Notes: generated from the sequence alone by a model not told the origin. A DNA stretch of 64,000 nucleotides from an uncultured Gammaproteobacteria bacterium (GCA_964452565.1 CAYVLY010000001.1:291009-355008), one strand, 5' to 3'; positions 47,528 to 56,972 are shown, counted from the stretch's first letter. Program-made: numbers and translations.

Positions 47528-48415
47528 CTACTTAATAACACCCTCAAGCGTCTTACGTGCATCAGCTCCATCCTTGAATATCCCCTTCACAGCCATTAAG
47601 AATGGTAAGTCTGATGCATCACCTAGGCGGCCGATGATGTTGTCGATGTTTTTGATGCCTTCGACCGTCTTCCCCTCTTCAACATCCCCGGTGGCAAACC
47701 CAAGCCCATAAGAATAGTTTCGAGACGATGAACTGTATCCTGTTGCAAGAAAATCTCCCATCCCAGCTGGCGTTTGCATTGTTTCGCGATGTGCGCCAAG
47801 GCGATGGATAATTTCTTTCATTTCGATCTCTGCCCTCTGGACTAAACTAGCTTTGAAGTCTGCTCCCATCTTAAGCCCATCTGACAAGCCAAGCGCCAAC
47901 ACATAAACATTTTTCAAAACTCCCAAAAGCGCAGTGCCGATCATGTCATCGCTTTCCTTAAGAGATACCTGCGTGCCTTCAAACAATGCCTTGAGCCTTT
48001 TAATTGAATCACTAGAGTCTGATGCGATTGTAGCGGTTGTTGGCAGACCTTCATTTAGCTCATCTGCAAGCATTGGGCCTGATAGAACTGCGATCTTGTT
48101 ATTCGAAAAATGATCTTGAAGAACCTCAAACGGTAGCTTATTTGTTTCTGGGTCCATGCCCTTTGTGCCTGTCACAAGAATCGCGGATTCAGGAATTCCC
48201 TCAATCTTGCTGACACATTGAACAAAAAACTGACTCGGCACAGCAAAGAAAATCACCTCCGCGTCCTTGATTGCGTCTGATACCTTGTCCACCTGACACT
48301 CTTTACCTGTGTCTTGAACGTCCCAAGCTTTTATATCAATCCCCTCCTTTTTTTCTAGAACTCCAGCCAAGGCCTGACCAAACGCCCCAAAGCCGATAAA
48401 TGTGATGTTTTTCAT
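47528..48415 (-). CDS. gpsA: NAD(P)H-dependent glycerol-3-phosphate dehydrogenase
   Basis: ITFIGFGAFGQALA dinucleotide-binding motif; ...GMGDFLATGYSSSSRNYSYG... matches the GpsA substrate loop; likely start MKNITFIG. Confidence 0.75.
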   Translation of the reverse strand: MKNITFIGFGAFGQALAGVLEKKEGIDIKAWDVQDTGKECQVDKVSDAIKDAEVIFFAVPSQFFVQCVSKIEGIPESAILVTGTKGMDPETNKLPFEVLQDHFSNNKIAVLSGPMLADELNEGLPTTATIASDSSDSIKRLKALFEGTQVSLKESDDMIGTALLGVLKNVYVLALGLSDGLKMGADFKASLVQRAEIEMKEIIHRLGAHRETMQTPAGMGDFLATGYSSSSRNYSYGLGFATGDVEEGKTVEGIKNIDNIIGRLGDASDLPFLMAVKGIFKDGADARKTLEGVIK

Positions 48416-48785
48416 AGTGGATTGATTATATCGCAGAACACAGAACCCAGACAACAGAACCCAGGCTCAGCAAGTTTGCTACGAGCAAACACGGGTGTGT
48501 CCCCAGGTAAGAAAACCGGATAAAGAGAAGACCGCCACGAAGACGATCTTCGCGGCGGGAGCCGTGCACTAAGAGTGAGGACGTCGGTTCGCTCTTACCG
48601 TACCCAGGAGCCGAGCAAACGGCCACCAAAAGTCGGGAATAACCTCGTATTTCTACTTGGTTAGCATTTTTTCGCCATTGCCCAAACCGGTTGTGCACAT
48701 TGAAATATGCCACAAATTCCAATTCTTGTCAACCCAAAACAAAACAACGCCTCTTTTGAGACGCTGCTTTGATCGAATGAATCGA

Positions 48786-49214
48786 TTACTTCAAGTTTAC
48801 AGTTGCTCCTGCATCCTCAAGCGTAGTCTTCATAGCCTCAGCTTCGTCCTTTGCAAGCTTCTCCTTGATCACTGTAGGTACTCCATCGACCATATCCTTA
48901 GCCTCCTTTAGGCCTTGACCCGTGATCTCTCGAACAGCTTTGATCACATTGATCTTGCTGTCTCCTGCAGCAACAAGCTCGACATCGAACTCAGTCTGCT
49001 CTTCTGCTGCAGCCTCACCTCCTGCTGGAGCTGCTGCTACGGCAACTGGTGCTGCAGCTGAAACTCCAAACTTATCTTCAAGAATCTTTACCAAGTCTGC
49101 TAGGTCAATAACAGACATTTGTTCAATCTGCTCTACAAGAGCCTTGAACTTTTCAGGAACTTCAACAGTCTTTTCCTCAACTGCCTCATCCTGAGTTTTC
49201 TTTTCATCACTCAT
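48786..49214 (-). CDS. rplL: 50S ribosomal protein L7/L12
   Basis: ...[51 protein letters not shown]...; start at MSDEKK. Confidence 0.9.
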   Translation of the reverse strand: MSDEKKTQDEAVEEKTVEVPEKFKALVEQIEQMSVIDLADLVKILEDKFGVSAAAPVAVAAAPAGGEAAAEEQTEFDVELVAAGDSKINVIKAVREITGQGLKEAKDMVDGVPTVIKEKLAKDEAEAMKTTLEDAGATVNLK

Positions 49215-49239
49215 ATTATGAAAGTTAATCAAATGAATC

Positions 49240-49770
49240 TTATGCGGCTGGCTTCTGCTCTTTGATTGCATCAAGAACCGTTACAAGTCCGCGTAGGTTA
49301 CCGGCAAGAACGTTAACAAATCCTGAGACTGGCGCATTAAGCGAACCAACCATCTTGGATAGCAACTCTTCCTTGCTTGGAAGTGACGCCAAATGGGTTA
49401 CTTCCTCTGCTGTAAGTCCCTTTCCTTCAAGAACACCAGCAGCAAAGACAAACTCTTCATTCTCCTCAGAGAAATCCTTGAGTACCTTTGCGGCAGACAC
49501 CTCGTCGTCATAGGACACGGCAGTTAGGATAGATCCTTCGAACGATTGTGGATCAACATCCTCAAGTCCGGCTTCTTTGGCAGCAATTGCTAGAAGTGTC
49601 TTCTTTGTAATAAAGATTTCAACTCCCTGCTCTTTTGCACGCTTTCGAAGCTCATCGGCTTGAGCCATGGTGAATCCAGAAATCGATGTGAAGGCTGCAG
49701 ACTTCATGGTCTTGAACTTATCAGCGACCGAAGCTACAATATCCTTTTTTTGCAATCTGGACTTTGCCAT
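49240..49770 (-). CDS. rplJ: 50S ribosomal protein L10
   Basis: [20 protein letters not shown]...; directly upstream of rplL. Confidence 0.9.
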   Translation of the reverse strand: MAKSRLQKKDIVASVADKFKTMKSAAFTSISGFTMAQADELRKRAKEQGVEIFITKKTLLAIAAKEAGLEDVDPQSFEGSILTAVSYDDEVSAAKVLKDFSEENEEFVFAAGVLEGKGLTAEEVTHLASLPSKEELLSKMVGSLNAPVSGFVNVLAGNLRGLVTVLDAIKEQKPAA

Positions 49771-50262
49771 ATGTGAATGAGTTAGTCCCGTGGGGTTTAA
49801 AAAACCACGGCCTTAACGCCGTGAAACAATGAGATCTGATCAAAAGTTCGATCAAATAGCCTCGATAGGACTTACGCTCTTGCAAGCAACCTATTGTCTT
49901 TAGCATTAAGTTGTCAGAAGTATAGAATATTGGCCAAATTATGTCAAGAAGCAGAACGCTCGCCCTTTCGGACGAGCAGTACGTGTACGTGTGGCGCTGA
50001 GGCTACTCAGAGCAGTACTAGCTTTTGATGCCAAACAGCTCAGTGATGATGCCGACAGCCTCTACCTTGGCCCGTTCCAGGTCCCCATGCAGTGTATACT
50101 GCTCCCAGAAAAGCCGCATCAACAAGCAACGCAAGCACATATTTTCATGACCACAAGCCATGTCTCTTTCCTTTCCCTGTGACAAGTAACACTAGAGGTG
50201 GCAATTAAAATAGCACCTATCCCCTTTCTTGTCAATTATCTGAGGTCTAAGTGCTTATCAAT

Positions 50263-50390
50263 CCGACCAAAGGCTTCGACTTTCCTCTTGTCATCCCTGG
50301 CTACGACCAGGGATCCATCGATTATCGAACTCTATAGTTGATGGATTCCCGCTTTTGCGGGAATGACAATAGATCAAAAACTTTGGTCAG
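50263..50390. repeat. Island hairpin repeat, long form (the structured element at 50289..50368 is inserted in the repeat loop)
   Basis: atccgaccaaaggcttcgactttc[ctcttgtcatcc...gaatgaca]atagatcaaaaactttggtcag. Confidence 0.7.
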
Positions 50391-50467
50391 AGCGGCGCGT
50401 TTTCCTTGCGCCGCACGTGACTATTCTCGCGCGGGAGGGAGAATAGTGTCGCTAGGCCTCTTGGGGC

Positions 50468-51652
50468 CTAGAAGAAGACTGTTGGTCCAACCATCTCATC
50501 GTGCGCGATCATATGGTAGTCAACGCCATCATCGGAAACCATGATCGAGTCTTCCGGAACCGTGACAGTCACTCGATCATCACCACTCGCAGCAGTCGCT
50601 CCAGTGCCGTCCACCGAGAACGTGACTCCGAGGATATCTTCGGCATCTACATTGATCGGCGCGTACGAAACGCCATCAAAGCTTGCGGTATGCGTACAGA
50701 TCGTTAGGATGCAAGTATCGCCGGGATAGCACGGGCCATAGCCATCCTCCATACATGCACCGCTTTCTACCGCTGCCTCACCAAGCAAGGCGCCGGAGTC
50801 GGTGTCGTACATGTACACAGAGCTCAGCCCTGCACACCATCCAGTGTCATCGTAGCTCCAGCAATCGACAAACACGGATGTGGGACTGATCTGGAGGTCA
50901 GAGCATTCATGCAGAGTGCTGAAGTTCGTATTGAGCGCATCGACGATTCCGGGAGTGGTTGAGGTATCGATCGTATACACATCGTCGACGACCAGCTCAT
51001 TGCTCATCTCGACCTCGGTCCCATCAGCCAATTCGACATCCCACCGGCAGGTGTTGTCCACATAGTTCATGAAGTCCGGGCTTTCACCGCCGTTGTTGGC
51101 CAGGATCACGACTCTGTCTGCAGTTGAGACGATATCGGATGGATCCAGGATGTCGAATGCGAATCCGACTTCGACACGGATGAACTCTGTGACGTCCTCA
51201 GAGATGTCGCACACCAGGTTGAGTGCTGTGGCGCGACGTCCAACGTTGAACCCACTATCAAGCAACAGGTGCTCATCAAGGATTATCTCAGTTGGCGGCT
51301 CGACAGTGCTGCCAGTCATGGCGTTGGACAGACGACAGCGCTGAACATACTGACTCAGATCAGTGAAGCCACGGTCGACTCCATCCATGCCGTAGTCGAT
51401 CAGTGCCGTTGGGCTCACGCTGAACACGTGGATGGGCCTTGGGTCTCCTGACCCAACCTCTGCTCCACGTTCTTCAACCTGCCGCAAGGTCAATGTACCG
51501 AAGTACACATTCTCCTGACCGGGCTGCACCTCTACCAATCCAGACCCCGGGCCCTCGAACTTGACCTTGAGGATCGAAGCATGCGAGCTGTGTGGCAAGA
51601 GATAGCCCATGAGGGCAACGATGAGAACAAACAGAATATTTGCGAAACGCAT
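50468..51652 (-). CDS. secreted Cys-rich hypothetical protein (island cassette)
   Basis: Signal peptide MRFANILFVLIVALMGYLLPHSSHA; 394 aa with diverse composition. Confidence 0.55.
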   Translation of the reverse strand: MRFANILFVLIVALMGYLLPHSSHASILKVKFEGPGSGLVEVQPGQENVYFGTLTLRQVEERGAEVGSGDPRPIHVFSVSPTALIDYGMDGVDRGFTDLSQYVQRCRLSNAMTGSTVEPPTEIILDEHLLLDSGFNVGRRATALNLVCDISEDVTEFIRVEVGFAFDILDPSDIVSTADRVVILANNGGESPDFMNYVDNTCRWDVELADGTEVEMSNELVVDDVYTIDTSTTPGIVDALNTNFSTLHECSDLQISPTSVFVDCWSYDDTGWCAGLSSVYMYDTDSGALLGEAAVESGACMEDGYGPCYPGDTCILTICTHTASFDGVSYAPINVDAEDILGVTFSVDGTGATAASGDDRVTVTVPEDSIMVSDDGVDYHMIAHDEMVGPTVFF

Positions 51653-52014
51653 AGCGTTTCCTTCCGGCCTTAGCGGCCTTGCATAGTACGGAATGCACTA
51701 CATCGGACGCGATGTCCGATCAAAGAGTTCGATGATAGTTGAAATGTCTAATCGTTCGGCCAAAGGCCTCACTTGTTGAAATTGTTGACGTTGCTTATCG
51801 CACCGTAAACATCTTCAACAACTTAAACAGTTTAAACATTCCTATCAAACACTTAAATCAGACCCCCTGCACTGGAGAGAGACCGGTGCAGGGATTCTGT
51901 AGTACTAGATAATTAGTACGTCCAAAAGACTCGAAATTATTCAAATACTTTGGATGAACCCCCTGCCGACGAAATTCGGCAGGGGCCAGGACTTGGGTTT
52001 CACGGATTTGGAAT

Positions 52015-52054
52015 CCGACCGAAGGGTTCAAGTTTGCTTAAACACTTTGGTCGG
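52015..52054. repeat. Island hairpin repeat CCGACCGAAGGGTTCAAGTTTGCTTAAACACTTTGGTCGG
   Basis: 10-bp stem CCGACCGAAG/CTTTGGTCGG (one G-U pair if RNA); loop carries the T-loop-like GGTTCRA. Confidence 0.75.
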
Positions 52055-52101
52055 ACGATGCGCTCAGATGAACGCACCGTAGAACGGTGTGAGTAGTCGG
52101 C

Positions 52102-52293
52102 CTAGCCGTCTGCGAACACCAGGCACCTGTCCTTGGTGGCGTCGGGGTTGAGGTGCTTCCGCAGCGCGGGATCGAAGGCCACATTCTCGCAACCTTCCGG
52201 GATCTCGTACTCGCCCAGGCTGACACCGGTGCACCCCGTCGCGGAGAAGCATGCGATGAAGGCCAGGGCCAGGCTGATGATGGTCTTACGCAT
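52102..52293 (-). CDS. small lipoprotein, 4 Cys (island cassette)
   Basis: MRKTIISLALAFIACFSATGC lipobox. Confidence 0.5.
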   Translation of the reverse strand: MRKTIISLALAFIACFSATGCTGVSLGEYEIPEGCENVAFDPALRKHLNPDATKDRCLVFADG

Positions 52294-52349
52294 GATGAAC
52301 TCCGTGGAGGCGCGGCAAAGCCGCTAGGGTTGAAGGTATCACTCTCGAA

Positions 52350-52389
52350 CCGACCGAAGGGTTCGAATTACTTCAAACACTTTGGTTGA
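52350..52389. repeat. Island hairpin repeat (ccgaccgaagggttcgaattacttcaaacactttggttg)
   Basis: Same family. Confidence 0.75.
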
Positions 52390-52454
52390 CCCCCTGCCGC
52401 GTATGTTGGCAGGGGCGCTCACGCGAGTCGCGTGGCGTCGTAGTAGTTGTGGGC

Positions 52455-52886
52455 CTACCAGCCCTGGAGCTGCTTGATCGTGAGAGCGGTTTCCTGTGCG
52501 CACACCAGATGAGGGTGCGTGATGAACGAAGCGGTACTCTGGTCCATGATCCTCATGAGCGCCGCCAGCAGATCGCACGGCCTGCCACCGAAGTGCAGAC
52601 CCACAGGACTCACGGCAGCCAGGAACATGCCCAGCAGCCACACCTCGCCGTCAGCGGTGCTGGCACTGTAGGTGATGGTCCAGGAACGTGGATCGTCCAG
52701 GTGTCTCACCACCCGGAGGCGTGATTCACCGGAACCTAGGTACGTCCTCCGGTCACTGGATCCTGACCAGGTGTCCCGCCCCATCAGCTCGCTGAGCCTG
52801 GCGATGTCTTTGGACAACACCACCGTGCTTATCTCGATCTGGCGGGCAAGGAATCCCCCGAAGAGCCTCTCAAAGATACCGAACAT
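52455..52886 (-). CDS. hypothetical cytoplasmic protein (island cassette); start at MFGIFERLFGG
   Basis: ORF between two repeat copies; ORF-track start 52931. Confidence 0.45.
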   Translation of the reverse strand: MFGIFERLFGGFLARQIEISTVVLSKDIARLSELMGRDTWSGSSDRRTYLGSGESRLRVVRHLDDPRSWTITYSASTADGEVWLLGMFLAAVSPVGLHFGGRPCDLLAALMRIMDQSTASFITHPHLVCAQETALTIKQLQGW

Positions 52887-52942
52887 GGCATCTCCTCTCA
52901 CCTGGCTCTGGGGCCAGGGCTCTGGTTTCACGGATTTGGAAT

Positions 52943-52982
52943 CCGACCGAAGGGTTCGATATTCATCAAACGCTTTGGTCGG
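52943..52982. repeat. Island hairpin repeat (ccgaccgaagggttcgatattcatcaaacgctttggtcgg)
   Basis: Same family. Confidence 0.75.
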
Positions 52983-53197
52983 TCCCGCCCAGACATTATG
53001 CGGGAGACGAAGAAAAGGGACTACAGGCCAAGCAATCTACAGATACACTCGACGATGACCAACCCAACCAGTATACCAAGGCCCAGGCAAACCAGATCTC
53101 TGTAGAAATTGGTACGGGTGCGACTATCAAACAAAGATACCTACTTCCACCTGGCGTCAACCAGGAGTTATGGGGTTTCAAGAATGGACACAGCGGC

Positions 53198-53374
53198 CTA
53201 CTTGGGCTTCCATTCTCCAGGACAGACACCCTGACGCTCGTACAAGGTGATTGCAGTGCTGCAGTACTCCGCCAACTCCTCCTTATTCATCATGATCGGA
53301 GGCTTGGGAAGGTACCACAACGCAAACACCGCCAGCGCCAACAGCGCACATCCAGCCAGCAGTTCTCTCGACAT
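53198..53374 (-). CDS. small secreted protein of about 58 aa (island cassette; below the ORF-track size cutoff)
   Basis: Manual translation MSRELLAGCALLALAVFALWYLPKPPIMMNKEELAEYCSTAITLYERQGVCPGEWKPK. Confidence 0.4.
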   Translation of the reverse strand: MSRELLAGCALLALAVFALWYLPKPPIMMNKEELAEYCSTAITLYERQGVCPGEWKPK

Positions 53375-53448
53375 TCCAACTCTCTTTCACCTAGTAAAAA
53401 CCGGGGTCAGAGGTGAGGGTTCGGATTTGCGATCCTATTTGACGCATA

Positions 53449-53488
53449 CCGACCAAAGGCTTCGAATTGTTTCAAAAACTTTGGTCAG
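53449..53488. repeat. Island hairpin repeat (ccgaccaaaggcttcgaattgtttcaaaaactttggtcag), followed by a shared roughly 45-nt module gtaggtgaggcttgtcgtcaattcgacactacctc
   Basis: Same family; the extra module is also present after the 54067 copy. Confidence 0.7.
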
Positions 53489-53541
53489 ACCCCCCGCCCA
53501 GACATTATGCGGGGGACGTAAGACGTAGGTGAGGCTTGTCG

Positions 53542-54012
53542 TCAATTCGACACTACCTCGAGGGTGGGATCTTCGGATTCGTGTTCTTCTCCATGGCGTG
53601 GCATGATCGCCATACCCAGGAGAATCCACGCGATCCACGGGAAGAGCCACTCGAACGGCCAGAGCACCCAATCCGCCAGGAACTGACGAAAAGGAGTCCG
53701 ACTCGGACAGCCCTGAGTGAACCACTCGATGGCGAAGAACCGAGGTTCCGTATCCCGATTCATCTTGCCCTGATAGTGAGAATCAGCCCATCCGCATTGC
53801 CACCACACACCACCACGATCACGTTCTAGGCGGCAGCTGGCGTAGCGGTCGTAACCAAGCATGAGCGAGGTTATGGTAGCTGCGTTCTTCTCGCCATCAC
53901 CATCGATGTCGAGGATAGTCCTATCCACACAGCCAACTGCACACGACCCAAGGGACAATCCAAGGGCGATGAAGAAAGCTACATTGAAGATGATTCCTCT
54001 GAGTCGCTCCAT
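53542..54012 (-). CDS. lipoprotein with a C-terminal TM helix (island cassette); start at MERLRG
   Basis: MERLRGIIFNVAFFIALGLSLGSC lipobox; Trp-rich C-terminal helix. Confidence 0.5.
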   Translation of the reverse strand: MERLRGIIFNVAFFIALGLSLGSCAVGCVDRTILDIDGDGEKNAATITSLMLGYDRYASCRLERDRGGVWWQCGWADSHYQGKMNRDTEPRFFAIEWFTQGCPSRTPFRQFLADWVLWPFEWLFPWIAWILLGMAIMPRHGEEHESEDPTLEVVSN

Positions 54013-54066
54013 AGCAACTCCTTCCACCAGATTTCTCTGGGTTGAAGATTGGAGTTCGGATTGGAT

Positions 54067-54107
54067 CCGACCGGAGACTTTGAAATACTTTCAAAATCTT
54101 TGGTCAG
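54067..54107. repeat. Island hairpin repeat (ccgaccggagactttgaaatactttcaaaatctttggtcag)
   Basis: Same family, diverged loop. Confidence 0.7.
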
Positions 54108-54175
54108 ACCCCCCACCCGAAAACAATGTGGGGGTCAAAGACGTGGGTGAGGCTTGTCGTCAATTCGACACTACC

Positions 54176-54643
54176 TCAGGGGCTGGTGCTGGTCCTGCAC
54201 TGCATCGAATAGACGATGAAGGTGAACAGCGCTGATACCAAGACGCAGACCTGGCAGGTCCTGCCCAGGAAAGTCTCAAACGGCATCGTGCTTGGAACGT
54301 AGATCACGAGGCCAGGGTAGATGGCTACCACCAAGCACGTGAAGATGCCAAGTGCCATCACAGTAGTGTACATGGCGCAGAACATACACATCACGTTGCT
54401 GGTGAAGGACTTGCGTACGCCATCCACGAACAGCAAGCCTGTTCCGAGAAGGCAAAGCACGACGCCAACAAGGAACGATACGAAGTACACGAGATACATC
54501 GGTATATCTTCCACCTGGCTGTAGCCAGGAGTTAAGGGTTCAAGCTCGGATTCATGATCCGACCAAGAACCTCGAGAGAGTTCAAGATTCTTGGTCGGCG
54601 GCGGCCTGTCGAGAGTATCGACTTCCGCCTTGTACGTACTCAT
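54176..54643 (-). CDS. 4-TM membrane protein (island cassette)
   Basis: Four hydrophobic helices; Cys-rich. Confidence 0.5.
   Translation of the reverse strand: MSTYKAEVDTLDRPPPTKNLELSRGSWSDHESELEPLTPGYSQVEDIPMYLVYFVSFLVGVVLCLLGTGLLFVDGVRKSFTSNVMCMFCAMYTTVMALGIFTCLVVAIYPGLVIYVPSTMPFETFLGRTCQVCVLVSALFTFIVYSMQCRTSTSP
54559..54598. repeat. Island hairpin repeat, diverged copy lying inside the 5' end of the 54176..54643 ORF (ccgaccaagaacctcgagagagttcaagattcttggtcgg)
   Basis: Same stem; loop variant. Confidence 0.5.
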
Positions 54644-54649
54644 ACGTAG

Positions 54650-54757
54650 TCAACAGCCCTGCAGGAAAAGCAAGGGGAAAATCATGGCGACTATCACCAC
54701 GCCCATCATAATCAGTGCCCAGCTCACCTCATCCATTCCACTTTTTTGGGAGTCCAT
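54650..54757 (-). CDS. putative 35-aa membrane peptide (island)
   Basis: Manual translation MDSQKSGMDEVSWALIMMGVVIVAMIFPLLFLQGC. Confidence 0.25.
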   Translation of the reverse strand: MDSQKSGMDEVSWALIMMGVVIVAMIFPLLFLQGC

Positions 54758-54828
54758 AGGACTCCTTTCCCCGGCTTATTGCCGGATGCGTCTCTAGGAC
54801 GCCTTCTGAATTGACTCTTTTACTATAA

Positions 54829-54869
54829 CCAACCGAAGGGTTCGATTATTCATCAAACACTTTGGTCGG
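54829..54869. repeat. Island hairpin repeat (ccaaccgaagggttcgattattcatcaaacactttggtcgg)
   Basis: Same family. Confidence 0.75.
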
Positions 54870-54915
54870 ACGATGCACCCGGGTGGTGCATCGTACGGGA
54901 CGAGGGGGTTGTTGG

Positions 54916-55362
54916 CTACCAGTGCATGAAGTCGTGGATGCTCTGGGCCCCTGTGCGAACGTGTGTGAACAGCTGCAGGAGATCGCCATTCTCACAGCGC
55001 ATCCAGCCCGAGATCAAGCTCCTGAGCCTGGACATACGCTGACTAGACATATTCGTGGGCTTGGTGTCTCCCAGGGCGTTGAGCAGCACGGGCAGCACGG
55101 GCGCTTCATATACAGTCGGCTGGCCCCACAGGAAGTACTCTAGCTTCCAGGTGCCATCGGGCTGCTGCTTGGCCTCGAGGAACTCGAATCCCTGCGGCCA
55201 CGCGAACCTGAGCGCCTCCTGGCCGTCTTCCTGCTCAGACTCGATGGTCATGCGGCGCTTGGCGCTCTCATGGGCTCGGGCCATGGCCTCAGCCGAGACG
55301 GTCGCCTCCACTTGAACTGACCGACTCTTCCGCTTCGCGCTTGGACGAGTAATCACACTCAT
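54916..55362 (-). CDS. hypothetical protein (island cassette)
   Basis: ORF between repeat copies. Confidence 0.45.
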   Translation of the reverse strand: MSVITRPSAKRKSRSVQVEATVSAEAMARAHESAKRRMTIESEQEDGQEALRFAWPQGFEFLEAKQQPDGTWKLEYFLWGQPTVYEAPVLPVLLNALGDTKPTNMSSQRMSRLRSLISGWMRCENGDLLQLFTHVRTGAQSIHDFMHW

Positions 55363-55413
55363 CTCCTCTCACCTGGCTCTGGGGCCAGGACTCTGGTTGA
55401 ACGGATTTAGAAT

Positions 55414-55537
55414 CCGACCGAAGGGTTCAACTTTCTCTTGTCATCCCAGCCGTAGAGCCGGGATCCATCGTTTATCGAACTCGATAGTTGATGGATTCCT
55501 GCCTACGCAGGAATGACATATTAAACACTTTGGTCGG
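55414..55537. repeat. Island hairpin repeat, long form (the structured element at 55439..55518 is inserted at the same loop position as in 50263..50390)
   Basis: ccgaccgaagggttcaactttct[cttgtcatccc...ggaatgaca]tattaaacactttggtcgg. Confidence 0.75.
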
Positions 55538-55582
55538 ACGATGCACCCGGGTGGTGCATCGTACGGGAACGGGGAGTTGGGG

Positions 55583-55906
55583 CTACCGCTGGGCCTTGGC
55601 GTGGGCCTTGCGGTCGGCGCCCTGGCGCGGCTGCTGGCCGGACTTGCCGGGCTGGCGATCGGGGCTCTGGGCCTTGCGACCCTTGGGCTGGTTGCCCTGC
55701 CTCGGCGCCTGTGCCCTGGTCTTCGGCTCGGGCTTCTGCACCTCAACCTCCACCTCGACCCGGTCCGTGATGGACTCGGGCTCGGTGAGCTGGTCGACGA
55801 TGCCGTAGACCACGAGGCCGGTGATCGAGGTGATGCCGAGGCCGATGGCCAGCAGGATGCCAGCCACGATGGCTATGGCAGATGCGGTTCTCTGGTTCCT
55901 GGTCAT
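55583..55906 (-). CDS. small membrane-anchored protein with a basic Gln/Pro/Lys-rich tail (island cassette)
   Basis: TM helix AIAIVAGILLAIGLGITSITGLVVYGIV. Confidence 0.45.
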   Translation of the reverse strand: MTRNQRTASAIAIVAGILLAIGLGITSITGLVVYGIVDQLTEPESITDRVEVEVEVQKPEPKTRAQAPRQGNQPKGRKAQSPDRQPGKSGQQPRQGADRKAHAKAQR

Positions 55907-56043
55907 TTGAGTTCCTTTCTCTTGACCGGGTTGTACTCGCTCGAGAATCTCGATACTGGATCAAGAGTCTTGAGCGAGCGGCACATTCGATGCACCACAC
56001 GGAAGTTGGTTGTGAAGAAGGGACGGAGGAGGTTGATGTGGGG

Positions 56044-56823
56044 CTAGTCGATGAAGAACAAACGCTGACCCGGGGTGGGCAGGCCATCCACGGTGAGGCC
56101 ATCGAGGAGCTGGCCCTCTGCGGTCTCCCAGTGGAACTCGGCCGGCCAGCTGATGCTGGTGACCGTGTCGTCCTGGCAGTCCTCGGAGGTACAGGGGCTC
56201 GGAGCCGCCTCATAGGCCATGCGGAACCACTTGGTCTCACCGGCCACGAGCTCCACATCGATCTCGGCAACTGCCTGCTCGACGTCCAGGTTGGGACCGT
56301 AGCTGCAGTCCACCCACTCGGCCTCATCGTCGTCGATGGTGTAGAAGTCCCAGTTGGCTTCCAGCGTCATCCACTGGTCGTAGCCGTCCTGGTCCTCACC
56401 CATGTACTCGTAGAAGCCGAAGTAGAGGGAATCGCCCTGGTTGGAGCAGGAGTTCCAGTCCGTGTAGCCATAGTCCGTGGTGCCCATGCGGAACGGCACC
56501 TGGGTGAGGTAGGCATCCACGTTGGCAGTGAGGCTGAACTCGATGACCGGGACCCTGTGGCCCAGTGCGAAGTACTCGCCCTCGACCTCGATGTAGTCGA
56601 GCTCGATGCGAGGCGAGACCTCCTCTTCTTCGACACCCTCTGTCTCCTGGCTCTCCTCTTCACTGCTGCCGATGTCGTCGACGTCCTCGTCGTACTCGTA
56701 GACGTTGGCATCGTTGTCCTCGATCTGTTCTTCCTGGCTCTCGACTTCCGGGCACTCGCAGGGAGCGCCGCAGGCGATGGAGAGGAACAGGGGGGCGAGG
56801 ACGGAGGGGGTGGAAAAACGCAT
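56044..56823 (-). CDS. acidic lipoprotein (island cassette); start at MRFSTPSV
   Basis: MRFSTPSVLAPLFLSIACGAPC lipobox; long Glu/Asp-rich linker; aromatic-rich C-terminal domain. Confidence 0.5.
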   Translation of the reverse strand: MRFSTPSVLAPLFLSIACGAPCECPEVESQEEQIEDNDANVYEYDEDVDDIGSSEEESQETEGVEEEEVSPRIELDYIEVEGEYFALGHRVPVIEFSLTANVDAYLTQVPFRMGTTDYGYTDWNSCSNQGDSLYFGFYEYMGEDQDGYDQWMTLEANWDFYTIDDDEAEWVDCSYGPNLDVEQAVAEIDVELVAGETKWFRMAYEAAPSPCTSEDCQDDTVTSISWPAEFHWETAEGQLLDGLTVDGLPTPGQRLFFID

Positions 56824-56887
56824 TACGCGCTCCTTCTTGCTTGGGAAATGCGGATGAGCCGCTTGGGAAAGGTAGTTTCTATCGTAT

Positions 56888-56927
56888 CCGACCGAAGGGT
56901 TCAAGTTTACTTAAACGCTTTGGTCGG
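56888..56927. repeat. Island hairpin repeat (ccgaccgaagggttcaagtttacttaaacgctttggtcgg)
   Basis: Same family. Confidence 0.75.
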
Positions 56928-56972
56928 GCGGCACATCAGAGACGTACCGCGTAGACGAAGGGGGTTGAAGGT

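Noticed and set aside
52350-54870. tRNA genes suggested by GGTTCGAAT motifs
   Set aside because: The motif sits in the loop of the 40-nt island hairpin. No acceptor, D or anticodon arms can be formed; the single genuine tRNA is at 33331-33404.
52015-56927. Canonical integron attC sites and CRISPR repeats
   Set aside because: The hairpin repeats lack the conserved R'' (RYYYAAC) and R' (GTTRRRY) boxes in the expected geometry. There are no regularly spaced repeat-spacer units of CRISPR type (the repeats are separated by whole genes of 0.2-1.2 kb). They are reported as integron-like only in architecture.
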